Positions 1 through 8,946 of a stretch of 26,130 nucleotides of DNA are shown here, one piece after another (the stretch's first letter is position 1; each line of letters begins with the position of its first letter). Source of the stretch: a virus (lineage: Duplodnaviria; Caudoviricetes). The translations under genes and the position numbers were made by a program. The stretch lies in IMG/VR virus record IMGVR_UViG_3300030095_004951, positions 1-26,130 of that record; one strand, written 5' to 3'. The notes under the pieces are model-generated. The model ran no database searches, was not told where the DNA came from, and was given only the letters and a program-made list of their open reading frames with translations.

Positions 1-66
1 ACCAGTAAGTCTGGTGGAGTGAAGTACTGGGTTGCACTTGAGGCTTCTAGCAAGTATAGTGGGTAA
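1..66 (+). CDS. gp45: 3' end of sliding clamp gp45 (partial)
   Basis: Frame 1 reads TSKSGGVKYWVALEASSKYSG*. The Y-W/F-x-A-L-E C-terminus is typical of T4-like gp45, and the gene lies directly upstream of gp44. Confidence 0.8.
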   Translation, partial: TSKSGGVKYWVALEASSKYSG

Positions 67-68
67 AC

Positions 69-1001
69 ATGCAAGGTTTATTGGTAGAAAAGTATCGTCC
101 CGCGACGATTGATGATTGTATTCTTCCTGTCTCTTTGAAGGAGACATTCAAGGATATCGTCAGTAGTGGTGAGTGTCAGAACCTGCTCCTAACTGGGGGA
201 GCAGGTTGCGGTAAGACGAGTGTCGCCCGTGCTCTTTGTAATGAGCTTGACGCAGACAACATCCTGATCAACTGTTCTGAAGATGGAAACATCGACACAC
301 TCAGGACAAAGATCAGAACCTTTGCAAGCACTGTATCAATCAGTGGTAACAAGAAAGTTGTTATCCTTGATGAGTTCGATTACAGCAACGCAAACAGCAT
401 CCAGCCTGCTCTTCGTGGTGCAATCGAAGAGTTCGCTGATAACTGTAGATTCATTATTACGTGTAACTACAAGAACCGAATCATTTCGCCGATTCATTCT
501 CGTTGTACGAATATTGAATTTACTATTCCCTCAGAGGAGAAGCCAACTCTCGCAGGTCAGTTCATGCAGAGAGTCAAGACCATTCTTGACAAGGAAGGTA
601 TTCCGTATGAGGACAAGATTCTAGCACAACTTATTACAAAGTACTTTCCTGACTTCCGTCGAGTTCTTAATGAGCTTCAGCGGTATTCGGTCGCTGGAAT
701 CATTGACATCGGAATCCTTTCTCAGATTGGTGAAGTGCAGGTCAAAGAACTTGCAGTTGCAATGAAGGGTAAGAATTTTACAGAGGCTAGGAAGTGGGTT
801 GTATCGAATCTTGATAACTCACAGACAGAATTGTTCCGAAAGATCTATGATGGATTACATGATTATGTCACACCATCATCCATCCCACAGGCAATTCTAA
901 TTCTAGCCGATTATCAACACAAAGCAGCATTTGTTGCAGATCAAGAAATTAATTTGACTGCATGTATTGTTGAGCTTATGATGGAGTGTGAATTCAAATG
1001 A
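69..1001 (+). CDS. gp44: Clamp loader large subunit (RFC-like AAA+)
   Basis: VEKYRP, Walker A GGAGCGKT, Walker B ILDEFD, SRC motif (HSRC), DFRR, and C-terminal ADQEINLTAC...ECEFK. Confidence 0.97.
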   Translation: MQGLLVEKYRPATIDDCILPVSLKETFKDIVSSGECQNLLLTGGAGCGKTSVARALCNELDADNILINCSEDGNIDTLRTKIRTFASTVSISGNKKVVILDEFDYSNANSIQPALRGAIEEFADNCRFIITCNYKNRIISPIHSRCTNIEFTIPSEEKPTLAGQFMQRVKTILDKEGIPYEDKILAQLITKYFPDFRRVLNELQRYSVAGIIDIGILSQIGEVQVKELAVAMKGKNFTEARKWVVSNLDNSQTELFRKIYDGLHDYVTPSSIPQAILILADYQHKAAFVADQEINLTACIVELMMECEFK

Positions 1002-1576
1002 AAGTGTTCGGACTAGGAATGTTTAAGACAGGTACAACCACTTTGGAACAGTGCCTGCGTTTACTTGATATGAAGCATGTCGATCTTGATACTGACTATG
1101 TTTATTTTAATGGTGATGCTCAGGGATATCTCCGAAGAAACGTGGAAGATATTGTTGTGGATTATGATTATGATAATTTCACTACAGAAGAGCTTGCTAT
1201 TATGCAGAGGGTAACAGAAAACTATGAGGGATTTAGTGATCATCCATGGATGTGGACATTTAAAGAATGTTATAAGATGTATCCTGATGCTAAGTTTGTA
1301 TTGACTGTACGTAAAGATTCTGAAACTTTGGCAAACAGTGATAGAAACTTCTTTCTTATGCATGGTGCGACCGAAGAAGATCTACCAGATGCGTCTGAGT
1401 TTATCCACAGATATGAAACACATAATGCCGCTGTCAGAGAGTTTTTCAAAGATAAAGATAATTACATCGAACTATGTTGGGAAACTGGTGATGGATGGAA
1501 GGAACTCTGTGATTTTCTTGGAGTCGAAGTTCCAAACATTCCATTCCCACATGCAAACAAAGGAGTATACAAATGA
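998..1576 (+). CDS. Sulfotransferase-family P-loop protein (Sulfotransfer_4-like)
   Basis: KVFGLGMFKTGTTTL PAPS-binding-like loop, YPDAKFVLTVR, and GWKELCDFLG-x-VP-x-x-PFPHAN C-terminal signature. Confidence 0.85.
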   Translation: MKVFGLGMFKTGTTTLEQCLRLLDMKHVDLDTDYVYFNGDAQGYLRRNVEDIVVDYDYDNFTTEELAIMQRVTENYEGFSDHPWMWTFKECYKMYPDAKFVLTVRKDSETLANSDRNFFLMHGATEEDLPDASEFIHRYETHNAAVREFFKDKDNYIELCWETGDGWKELCDFLGVEVPNIPFPHANKGVYK

Positions 1577-1872
1577 GTAAATTTAAAGCGTATGGTGACT
1601 GGGTTGCCGTGAAGACAGTATTCAAGGAAGAGCATACCACTGAAGCTGGTATTGTTTACAAGGAAGACTTGCCTGATAACATGATGACTTGGAGTGAAGT
1701 CGTTTCTGTTGGAGAGCTTGTAGAAAACCACTATGACATCAATCCCGGTGATCATGTCCTTTGGAAGTATGGTTCAGACCCCGGTGCATATTATAAGAAT
1801 GCTGATGATTCATTGGATCTTGTTCGAGTTCACAATCTCTTGGCGGTAAAGACTCCTGATGAAGTTGGGTGA
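1573..1872 (+). CDS. GroES/Cpn10-like co-chaperonin
   Basis: 99 aa. FKAYGDWVAVK...TTEAGIV resembles the GroES start and mobile loop (PLGDRVxV...TxGGIV); also EVVSVG, PGDHVL and the final LLAV strand. Confidence 0.8.
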   Translation: MSKFKAYGDWVAVKTVFKEEHTTEAGIVYKEDLPDNMMTWSEVVSVGELVENHYDINPGDHVLWKYGSDPGAYYKNADDSLDLVRVHNLLAVKTPDEVG

Positions 1873-2245
1873 ATATTTAACAGCGATCAATTATTCCAAG
1901 GAGCCTCTTCTCGACACTGAGGATGAAAGTGTCGAGAAGGGGTATACTCCTTTTGTGGTAAACAGGTGTTTGTCTTATTTTATGGACACAGTTCTCTACG
2001 CAAATGAGATGAATATGAGACCAGAGACTGACAAGAAAATGCAGTTTGATTATCTACAAAAGTCTATCCGAAAGAACAAGAGATACAGTAAGTGGCTCAA
2101 GCAAGAATCGGTAGAAAACTTGGATATCATCAAGCAATTTTATGGATATTCTGATACCAAAGCCAAAGAAGTCATGGATATTTTGACAGAAGATGACATA
2201 GAATTCATGCGTAATAAGCTCGCCACGGGGGGTGTGGGCAAGTGA
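1859..2245 (+). CDS. gp62: Clamp loader small subunit
   Basis: YLTAIN, YTPFVVNRCLS, ANEMN, QFDYL, RYSKW, FYGYS..KAKE motifs; located before regA. Confidence 0.95.
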   Translation: MKLGEYLTAINYSKEPLLDTEDESVEKGYTPFVVNRCLSYFMDTVLYANEMNMRPETDKKMQFDYLQKSIRKNKRYSKWLKQESVENLDIIKQFYGYSDTKAKEVMDILTEDDIEFMRNKLATGGVGK

Positions 2246-2249
2246 TTTA

Positions 2250-2257
2250 AATAAATA
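2250..2257 (+). promoter_or_regulatory. Candidate T4-type late promoter (AATAAATA) upstream of regA
   Basis: NATAAATA in the 45-bp intergenic gap between gp62 and regA. The context is AT-rich, so chance is possible. Confidence 0.4.
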
Positions 2258-2290
2258 ATACTGCCATATTATATAAAATGGAGTATTAAG

Positions 2291-2686
2291 ATGGAAGATA
2301 TATTTAGTGACTTGGGAGTAGAAGTTACTTTCAAAGATAAAGATGATTTTTTGAAGATTAGAGAAACTCTTACCCGTATGGGAGTTTCGTCGAGAAAAGA
2401 AAATAAGTTATTCCAATCATGTCATATCTTACACAAGAGAGGTAGATATGCCATATTGCATTTCAAGGAATTGTTTATCTTGGATGGACTAGAATCTGAT
2501 ATTTCTGATAGTGATGTCGCTAGAAGAAATACTATAGTTAATCTTCTTGACGAATGGGGTTTACTTGATATAGTGGATAAAGATTCATGCCAAGAACCAA
2601 AGGCAAGTCTTGGACAAATAAAAATTATTCCTCATAGAGATAAGCAGGATTGGGAACTCGTTCCAAAATACCATATAGGTAAGTGA
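2291..2686 (+). CDS. regA: Translational repressor RegA
   Basis: DDFLKIRETLTRMGV, LFQSCHILHKRGRYAILHFKELF, RRNTI, WELVPKYHIG; GGAG RBS upstream. Confidence 0.98.
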   Translation: MEDIFSDLGVEVTFKDKDDFLKIRETLTRMGVSSRKENKLFQSCHILHKRGRYAILHFKELFILDGLESDISDSDVARRNTIVNLLDEWGLLDIVDKDSCQEPKASLGQIKIIPHRDKQDWELVPKYHIGK

Positions 2687-3342
2687 TAATGAATTTAAAA
2701 GTGATAAGTTATTATTGTGATGTAGACGATTCAAAGTACTACGAAAAATCCTACCATCGACTAAAAGAACAGCTAGACAAATATGGCTACGACTACCACA
2801 TTGAAAAATTGGATAGTCTTGGTTCTTATAAGGAGAACTGTAGGAGAAAGGTCGATTATATAATCGATAAGTTTCGTCAGTTTGATTCTAATATTCTATG
2901 GCTCGATGTAGATACCATTCTCCTGAAGAGAATGACTCGACTGGAAGAATTGAATAATGATGGAGCACAACCGGTTGATATACTTTTTGCTTCACATATC
3001 CATGATATAGCTGGCATCAAAGCCTCCCCTATTTGGTTTAAAAATAATTCAAAGAGTAGATACTTTCTCAAGAGTTGGAAAGCTGAGATTGATAAAAGTA
3101 GGAGAGAGGGTCAGGAAAACTTTGATCATGAGGTTATGTTTAACAGTGTAATTAATGGTCATAAATACTGTAACTTTGGTATGCTTGGGTATGAGTACTG
3201 TACATGGCCGGGTGATTCAAATGGAGACACTGTGATCGAAATGGGTCTTTCAGACGTTGATTCCAAGAAAGACTCTCTCCGAAAAATGGGTTTTGATGAA
3301 GGTAAAATAGAATGGCAAAGTGTAGGTTTAAATAATGAGTGA
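2683..3342 (+). CDS. Putative GT-A nucleotide-diphospho-sugar transferase (GT34/GT77-like)
   Basis: K-x-x-Y-I...ILWLDVD DxD motif, then ASPIWF...FLKSW and DHE. The start may be ATG 2689. Confidence 0.65.
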   Translation: MIMNLKVISYYCDVDDSKYYEKSYHRLKEQLDKYGYDYHIEKLDSLGSYKENCRRKVDYIIDKFRQFDSNILWLDVDTILLKRMTRLEELNNDGAQPVDILFASHIHDIAGIKASPIWFKNNSKSRYFLKSWKAEIDKSRREGQENFDHEVMFNSVINGHKYCNFGMLGYEYCTWPGDSNGDTVIEMGLSDVDSKKDSLRKMGFDEGKIEWQSVGLNNE

Positions 3343-4171
3343 TAAAATTATGTGTCTGGGTGAGCCTTTTCATTATGAACATTCATCCTGTTCGGATCTG
3401 ACACCCGAAAGTTTTAAATGGACAAGAGACTCTAACGAAACAGATACAGTTGTTTGTATTGATAATGCAATCGTTGGTATGTTTGACAGCGAAGATCTTC
3501 CCAAGAAAAAGTTTGCTTGGGTATCAGAGTCTCCAGTGGTTGTGCCACAGGTGTATGACTTTGTACATGAAAACTATGAAGTGCTTCTTGATTATTACAC
3601 AGCAATTTGTACATGTGATTTGGATCTAGTTTCTAAGCACGAACGAATTCATCTTGTCCCATCCTCTAGCAATCTTCCTTGGGTCAAAGACTTTGAGATC
3701 TATGAGAAGACTAAGAATGTTTCCATGGTTGCATCGAACAAGACCTTCACAGAAGGTCAACAACTACGTCACACGCTTGCGGAGAAGTATAAAGGACATC
3801 TAGATGTAATGGGATCAATAAATGGTGATCGTATTGGATCTTCTCTCTTCGATAAGCTTGAGGGATATAAAGACTATAGATTCACACTGGTTACTGAGAA
3901 CTGTAAGCGTGATTCTACAATCTATTTCACAGAAAAGATAACTGATGCCTTTGCAACAGGAACTATTCCCGTGTACTGGGGAACTGATGAAATCTATAAT
4001 TACTTTAACGGAGATGGTATAATTAAGTTGACCGATGACTTTGATATCAGTCAACTCACACCAGAACTCTATGAACAAAAACTTGATGCGATCAAAGATA
4101 ACTTTGAACGTGTGAAAAAACTAAGGATGGTTGATGATGAAGTCTACGATGTCGTACAAGCCTACAAATAA
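3335..4171 (+). CDS. GT10 alpha-1,3-fucosyltransferase-like glycosyltransferase
   Basis: YRFTLVTEN...YFTEKITDAFATGTIPVYWG is the GT10 donor-binding motif. Confidence 0.8.
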   Translation: MSDKIMCLGEPFHYEHSSCSDLTPESFKWTRDSNETDTVVCIDNAIVGMFDSEDLPKKKFAWVSESPVVVPQVYDFVHENYEVLLDYYTAICTCDLDLVSKHERIHLVPSSSNLPWVKDFEIYEKTKNVSMVASNKTFTEGQQLRHTLAEKYKGHLDVMGSINGDRIGSSLFDKLEGYKDYRFTLVTENCKRDSTIYFTEKITDAFATGTIPVYWGTDEIYNYFNGDGIIKLTDDFDISQLTPELYEQKLDAIKDNFERVKKLRMVDDEVYDVVQAYK

Positions 4172-5009
4172 AAACGGCGAATACCTTTTTGATTCTGATA
4201 TAGAATTCGACTTTCCTGTCGAGTTACACTTTGTCCGTATTGAAGAGTTTGATAATCCTGATGCATATAAGGTACTCATCCTTTCGAGTGAAAATGCAAA
4301 GTCTCCTAATCGAGAGTCAATAGCATCCGTAATATCTCAACATAAAAAGTATGATTTGATTCTATGTGATGATGACGAGATTGTCGAGGCTTGCTCAAAC
4401 GCCGTACTTTTCCCTTACGGTTCCACTTGGCTCAACAGAGGTAAGATTGATCACCCAGATGGACTAGGACATTTTGATCCAGAGGTTGAGATCTTCAAGA
4501 AGAGAGAACGAACTCTTAATGATGTTAGTTTTTTGGCTTCTTGGTACAACATTGATCGTGCGGGATACTATACTCGACGCGAAGTTTGGCAGAGACAAGA
4601 AGAAATTGAAATCCCTAAGATGTTCTTTACGAGCAGGAAGTCATTTCTAGATGCGCCTAACCCACTTCCTACTGGAGAGAAAGAAGATCTCTTTCACTCA
4701 ATGTTCCATATCTGTGTTGAGAACCAGCGTGTCAGGAACCACTTTGGTGAGAAGCTAATTGATCCGATTATCACATATACAGTGCCAATTTATTGTGGAT
4801 GTCCAAACATCGGAGACTTCTTTGATGTTCGTGGTATGATTCTCTTTGATACTGTCGATGACTTAATTCCTAAAATTAATGCCTTGACTATGGAGAGTTA
4901 TGATGATATGATGGAGTATGTTGAAAAGAATCGTAAGATTGCAGAGTCTTATGTTAATTTCAGTGAACGGATTGAGGAAGTCATATGCCAAAAAGCCCCG
5001 AAAACATAA
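4149..5009 (+). CDS. Second GT10-like glycosyltransferase
   Basis: MFHICVEN...HFGEKLIDPIITYTVPIYCG is a variant GT10 motif. The ORF track starts at 4131; ATG 4149 gives a smaller overlap. Confidence 0.75.
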   Translation: MSYKPTNKNGEYLFDSDIEFDFPVELHFVRIEEFDNPDAYKVLILSSENAKSPNRESIASVISQHKKYDLILCDDDEIVEACSNAVLFPYGSTWLNRGKIDHPDGLGHFDPEVEIFKKRERTLNDVSFLASWYNIDRAGYYTRREVWQRQEEIEIPKMFFTSRKSFLDAPNPLPTGEKEDLFHSMFHICVENQRVRNHFGEKLIDPIITYTVPIYCGCPNIGDFFDVRGMILFDTVDDLIPKINALTMESYDDMMEYVEKNRKIAESYVNFSERIEEVICQKAPKT

Positions 5010-5605
5010 AGCTCTCTATTCTAATTTTATCGATCCCATCGAGAATTAAACAACTAGAGACGTTACTGGAAAAACTGGAGAATCAGTTCGATGATGATCG
5101 AGTAGAGATTCTCGTTATGTTGGACAACAAGTCCTTTCATATCTACGAGAAGAGAAACGAACTTCTCAATATGGCGCGAGGAGAATATCTTTGCTTCCTT
5201 GACGATGATGACAACGTGGCTGATAACTATATCCCATCAATCCTAGATGTTCTTGATAATGAAACACCAGATGTGATCTGCTTCAAACAACACTGTAACT
5301 ATAACGGTGCAGAATTTGACGTTGTGTTTGATATTGATCACAACTGGGATCCAATGGATCAGTTGCAGTTTAATGGTGTCGGGTTCAATGATCTGAAGAG
5401 ACCACCCTTTCATATGTGTCCATGGAAAAGTGAAATTGCAAAGGCTGAAAAGTTCACAGAAAATTATGATGCGCAAGGTCAGTCATGTGAGGACTCTGAT
5501 TGGTTACTAAGGCTTTATCCTCAAGTCAAAGAACAGATCTTCATTGATGATTGTCTTCACCACTATCACTATTCATCAGAAGGTACGGAGTCAATACTAA
5601 AATGA
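4985..5605 (+). CDS. GT2-family glycosyltransferase
   Basis: KLSILI, KRNELL..ARGEYLCFLDDDD, and CEDSDW catalytic region. Confidence 0.88.
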   Translation: MPKSPENIKLSILILSIPSRIKQLETLLEKLENQFDDDRVEILVMLDNKSFHIYEKRNELLNMARGEYLCFLDDDDNVADNYIPSILDVLDNETPDVICFKQHCNYNGAEFDVVFDIDHNWDPMDQLQFNGVGFNDLKRPPFHMCPWKSEIAKAEKFTENYDAQGQSCEDSDWLLRLYPQVKEQIFIDDCLHHYHYSSEGTESILK

Positions 5606-6282
5606 AATTGATAACGTTTTCTCTTTGGGGTGACGATCCACTTTACACTGTGGGTGCTATTAGAAATGTGGAGATTGCGAAAGAGCTTTTTCCTGAATGG
5701 ACGTGTCGTTTCTACATTGCAAACTCTGTCCCAGATGATATATGTGAAAAGCTACGAGAACTTGATGCAGAGTTGATTCCCAGAAGTGATCCGGGTAGCA
5801 CTAATTCTATGTTCTGGAGGTTTGAACCTGCGGCAGACTCATCCGTCGATGCCATGATTGTCCGTGACACAGATTCTCGTTTAGGTATCAGAGAAAAACT
5901 TGCTGTTGATGAGTGGTTAGATTCTGGTAAGAAACTACACATCATGAGAGATCATCCATATCATGGAGTTCCTATGTTAGGTGGTATGTGGGGATGTCGT
6001 CCAGTGCTTATGGATGATTTGTTTGACAAGATTGATCAACACATCAAATCTAATCCCGATGAGAAGGGTTCAGATCAGCATTTCCTTTGGTCACAAGTTT
6101 TTCCTGAGCTTCACGAAGACTCATTCATACATGATCCGTTCTTCGACAAAAAACCCTTTCCCATTGACCGTGACTCGGATCCTGTTGTGAAGTTTATAGG
6201 GCAGGTTTTTGATGAGAATGATAACTATGCTGGTAATTGGGAAAGTGATCTAGCTATATTGGGCGAATATTGTGCTAGATGA
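5602..6282 (+). CDS. Conserved uncharacterised protein, probable GT-A fold
   Basis: FSLWG..P.Y..GA..N, MFWRF, VRDTDSR (DxD), HIMRDHPYH, GGMWG, DQ.FL. ATG 5602 overlaps the upstream stop (ATGA). Confidence 0.55.
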   Translation: MKLITFSLWGDDPLYTVGAIRNVEIAKELFPEWTCRFYIANSVPDDICEKLRELDAELIPRSDPGSTNSMFWRFEPAADSSVDAMIVRDTDSRLGIREKLAVDEWLDSGKKLHIMRDHPYHGVPMLGGMWGCRPVLMDDLFDKIDQHIKSNPDEKGSDQHFLWSQVFPELHEDSFIHDPFFDKKPFPIDRDSDPVVKFIGQVFDENDNYAGNWESDLAILGEYCAR

Positions 6283-7114
6283 TAAACTAATTTTCTATAA
6301 CTGGATGCCTTGTATTGCTGACTGGTCGATGGATTGTACTGATGAATTCTATCGATCAAATTCTGTTTCACGTATATGCAGTCCTCCAGATCTTACCGAG
6401 AACAGCATAAATGATGTCAAAGAGAATGATATCATTTTTGTGAAAACTGATTACCTTAAAAGTAATTACTTTCAGACAGAAGTATTGCCTCGTATAAAGG
6501 TTCCGTTCAAGTTAGTCAGTGGAATATCTTCTTACACTGTGGACAATTACCAACCAATTATTGACAACGAATTGTGTGTGAAATGGTTCTGCACCAATCC
6601 ACCTGTCGATCATAGAAAGGTTGTAGGCATTCCCATTGGTTTCGAGGAAAAGGAACGAGCGGGTGGTGATCAAGAACTTCTCAAGAAATACTTGAACCAA
6701 GAAAATATAGAGAAGAAAAATAAGATTATTTTACCATATCACACACAGTCAACAAACCCTGTGAGATCCGCCGCAATAGAGTTTCTTTCTTCTCTTCCGT
6801 ATGTTGATGTCCAACAAGAAAAGTTGGGCTTTGATGATTACATGAAGTTGTTATCTGAATATAAATATTGTATCTGTTTGGAAGGTGCTGGATATGACAC
6901 GCACAGAAATTATGAGTGTTTGTTGACAGGAACAGTTCCTATTATGAAGAAGAGCAACATGAGATTAATTTATATCGACTGGAAGCTACCTAGCATGTTT
7001 GTAGAAGAATGGGAATCTGTGGTGGATACAAACTTAGATTCATCATTTGATTTTTCTAACGTTGATAAATTTATGCAGGTGCAATCTCACATAGAAAGAA
7101 TTAAGAATGACTGA
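6272..7114 (+). CDS. Exostosin/GT47-like glycosyltransferase
   Basis: YKYCICLEGAGYDTHRNYECLLTGTVPI matches the GT47 C-terminal motif (FCLxPxG...RxxEAxxxGCVPV). Confidence 0.75.
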   Translation: MLDDKLIFYNWMPCIADWSMDCTDEFYRSNSVSRICSPPDLTENSINDVKENDIIFVKTDYLKSNYFQTEVLPRIKVPFKLVSGISSYTVDNYQPIIDNELCVKWFCTNPPVDHRKVVGIPIGFEEKERAGGDQELLKKYLNQENIEKKNKIILPYHTQSTNPVRSAAIEFLSSLPYVDVQQEKLGFDDYMKLLSEYKYCICLEGAGYDTHRNYECLLTGTVPIMKKSNMRLIYIDWKLPSMFVEEWESVVDTNLDSSFDFSNVDKFMQVQSHIERIKND

Positions 7115-7796
7115 TATAGTAATTCACCACCATCTTGGGTTGGGTGATCACATCGATTGCAATGGTATGGTTAGATATTTTGCGGACTTGTATGAAGGTG
7201 ACACCATCCATACTTTTGCCAAGAAGCAGTACTTTGATATGATCGAGTGGATGTATCGCGATGACGATCAAATCAAAGTGCATCGGATAGACGGTAATGA
7301 ATATGCTGGTGTATATGAGTTCATGAATGAAAACAATTTCACGTCAGAAGATCTATACATTGTGGGACATGGTAATTACCCAACAAACCCATCTCCAGAT
7401 AAAAACTGTTGGGAATACTTTTATGAACAGTTAGATATTGATCTAGACATCAAGCAAGATTTGTTTTATGTTGAACAGAATGAAGATGAAGAGCAGAGAG
7501 TATTTGATAAACTCAATCCTACTGGAGAGGACTACATATTTGTTCATGATGATCCTTCCAGAGGGTTTGAGATTGCCGTTGAAAATGATCTAAAGATCAT
7601 ACGAAATGATGTGAGTGAAAATATTTTTAACTTTACAGAAATAATTAAGAATGCAAAAGAGATACACCTAATGGAAAGTTCATTCAAATCCATGGTAGAA
7701 CATTATCCGACTGACGGTAAATTGTTCTTCCATGATTTCAGAGAACACCCACTAGGAAAACATGAAAAGGATTGGACAGTGATTAACTATGAGTGA
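7107..7796 (+). CDS. Putative GT-B glycosyltransferase-like protein
   Basis: N-terminal HHHLGLGDHI (GLGD loop as in GT9/GT11-like enzymes) and EIHLMESSF near the C-terminus; glyco-cluster context. Confidence 0.5.
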   Translation: MTDIVIHHHLGLGDHIDCNGMVRYFADLYEGDTIHTFAKKQYFDMIEWMYRDDDQIKVHRIDGNEYAGVYEFMNENNFTSEDLYIVGHGNYPTNPSPDKNCWEYFYEQLDIDLDIKQDLFYVEQNEDEEQRVFDKLNPTGEDYIFVHDDPSRGFEIAVENDLKIIRNDVSENIFNFTEIIKNAKEIHLMESSFKSMVEHYPTDGKLFFHDFREHPLGKHEKDWTVINYE

Positions 7797-8559
7797 TTTG
7801 ACAGAACTTGGTCTTAAGTATGGAACTGATAAAAGTGAAAATGGATACACTCGTATCTACGAAGAATTTTTATCTGATAAACGAAATGAAAAGAATAATA
7901 TTCTAGAGATTGGTGTCTGGAGAGGAGCTTCTCTTAGAATGTGGGCTGAGTATTTTCCAGAGTCCTTTATTTTAGGAATGGATATTCCACATGAGATGTA
8001 TCCAGAAACTATTTTTCCATATCATGACTATGAAGCAAGAAACAAATTGATTGAGTCGATTGACAAATCAGGTTTATTTTTGGGTGATCAGGCAAATCCA
8101 GAGCACTTAGATGCAATGTTTAAAATGATAAGTGATGCCACGGGAAGGGAAACTGTAGACGTTGTTATTGATGATGGTTCACATTTCCAGCATGATATCA
8201 TGAAAAGCTTTGCAAACATATTTCCTCGACTTTCGTCTGGTGGAATTTACATTATTGAAGATATCTGCCGATTGGAAGATCTAAAAAACGGTTCTATGTG
8301 GTGGGGACACAGCAAAGAACCCCATCACCACAGACCCAACTTTAGACCTGATTCTGAGTGGCTCGGTGCTGAAGAAATTGACTTTGACAATTCTGTTGAT
8401 GCAACCATACAACGTGTCCTTGATGGGGAGCCTTTTTCTAGTAAGTTTATGGATGAAGAACAGAACGCCTACATTAATCAGTACGTTGACACTATAAATT
8501 ACTATGGTGAAGATGATCTTTGGTGTGAGAGTAACATAGCTGTGATAAGGAAAAAATAA
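7789..8559 (+). CDS. Class I SAM-dependent methyltransferase, sugar O-methyltransferase-like
   Basis: YGTDK, ILEIGV..GASL..W..YFP, GDQ, VIDDGSH, GGIYIIED. Confidence 0.85.
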   Translation: MSDLTELGLKYGTDKSENGYTRIYEEFLSDKRNEKNNILEIGVWRGASLRMWAEYFPESFILGMDIPHEMYPETIFPYHDYEARNKLIESIDKSGLFLGDQANPEHLDAMFKMISDATGRETVDVVIDDGSHFQHDIMKSFANIFPRLSSGGIYIIEDICRLEDLKNGSMWWGHSKEPHHHRPNFRPDSEWLGAEEIDFDNSVDATIQRVLDGEPFSSKFMDEEQNAYINQYVDTINYYGEDDLWCESNIAVIRKK

Positions 8560-8946
8560 ATGAAAGTTGAAGTTGCAATTGGTGAAATTTTTGATAAAAT
8601 AACGATATTGGATATCAAGTTGGCTAGAATTCAGGATAATGAAAGGCTCATGTATGTCCGTGGTGAGCGTGAGACTCTTGATATGGCTCTAATAAATGAA
8701 GGTATCCTTATTGATTCAAAACTCTACGAAGAACTCAAAGACATTAATACAAAAATCTGGGATACTGAAGCAGGGTTTAGAGAAAAAGAAGCAAAGAAAG
8801 AATTTGATAATGAGTTCATTGAGTTTGCTAGACTGAACGCCAAGTATAATGATGAACGATTCTTGGTCAAGAAAAGAATAAATGAACATTATCAATGTGA
8901 GATAAGAGAACAAAAATCATATGACAGACTTTATACCTCAGATTGA
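8560..8946 (+). CDS. DUF6165-like helical protein
   Basis: VEVAIGEIFDKITILDIK...IN..IWD.E...F...AR.....ND.R...K..IN......I.EQKSY pattern. Confidence 0.7.
   Translation: MKVEVAIGEIFDKITILDIKLARIQDNERLMYVRGERETLDMALINEGILIDSKLYEELKDINTKIWDTEAGFREKEAKKEFDNEFIEFARLNAKYNDERFLVKKRINEHYQCEIREQKSYDRLYTSD

Noticed and set aside
2237-2265. Imperfect hairpin GGCA...TGCC after gp62 as terminator or translational operator
   Set aside because: The stem is weak and bulged, has no U-tract, and does not cover the regA RBS.
5551-5601. Extended start for the 243-aa ORF
   Set aside because: ATG 5602 forms an ATGA overlap with the upstream stop and begins the conserved motif.
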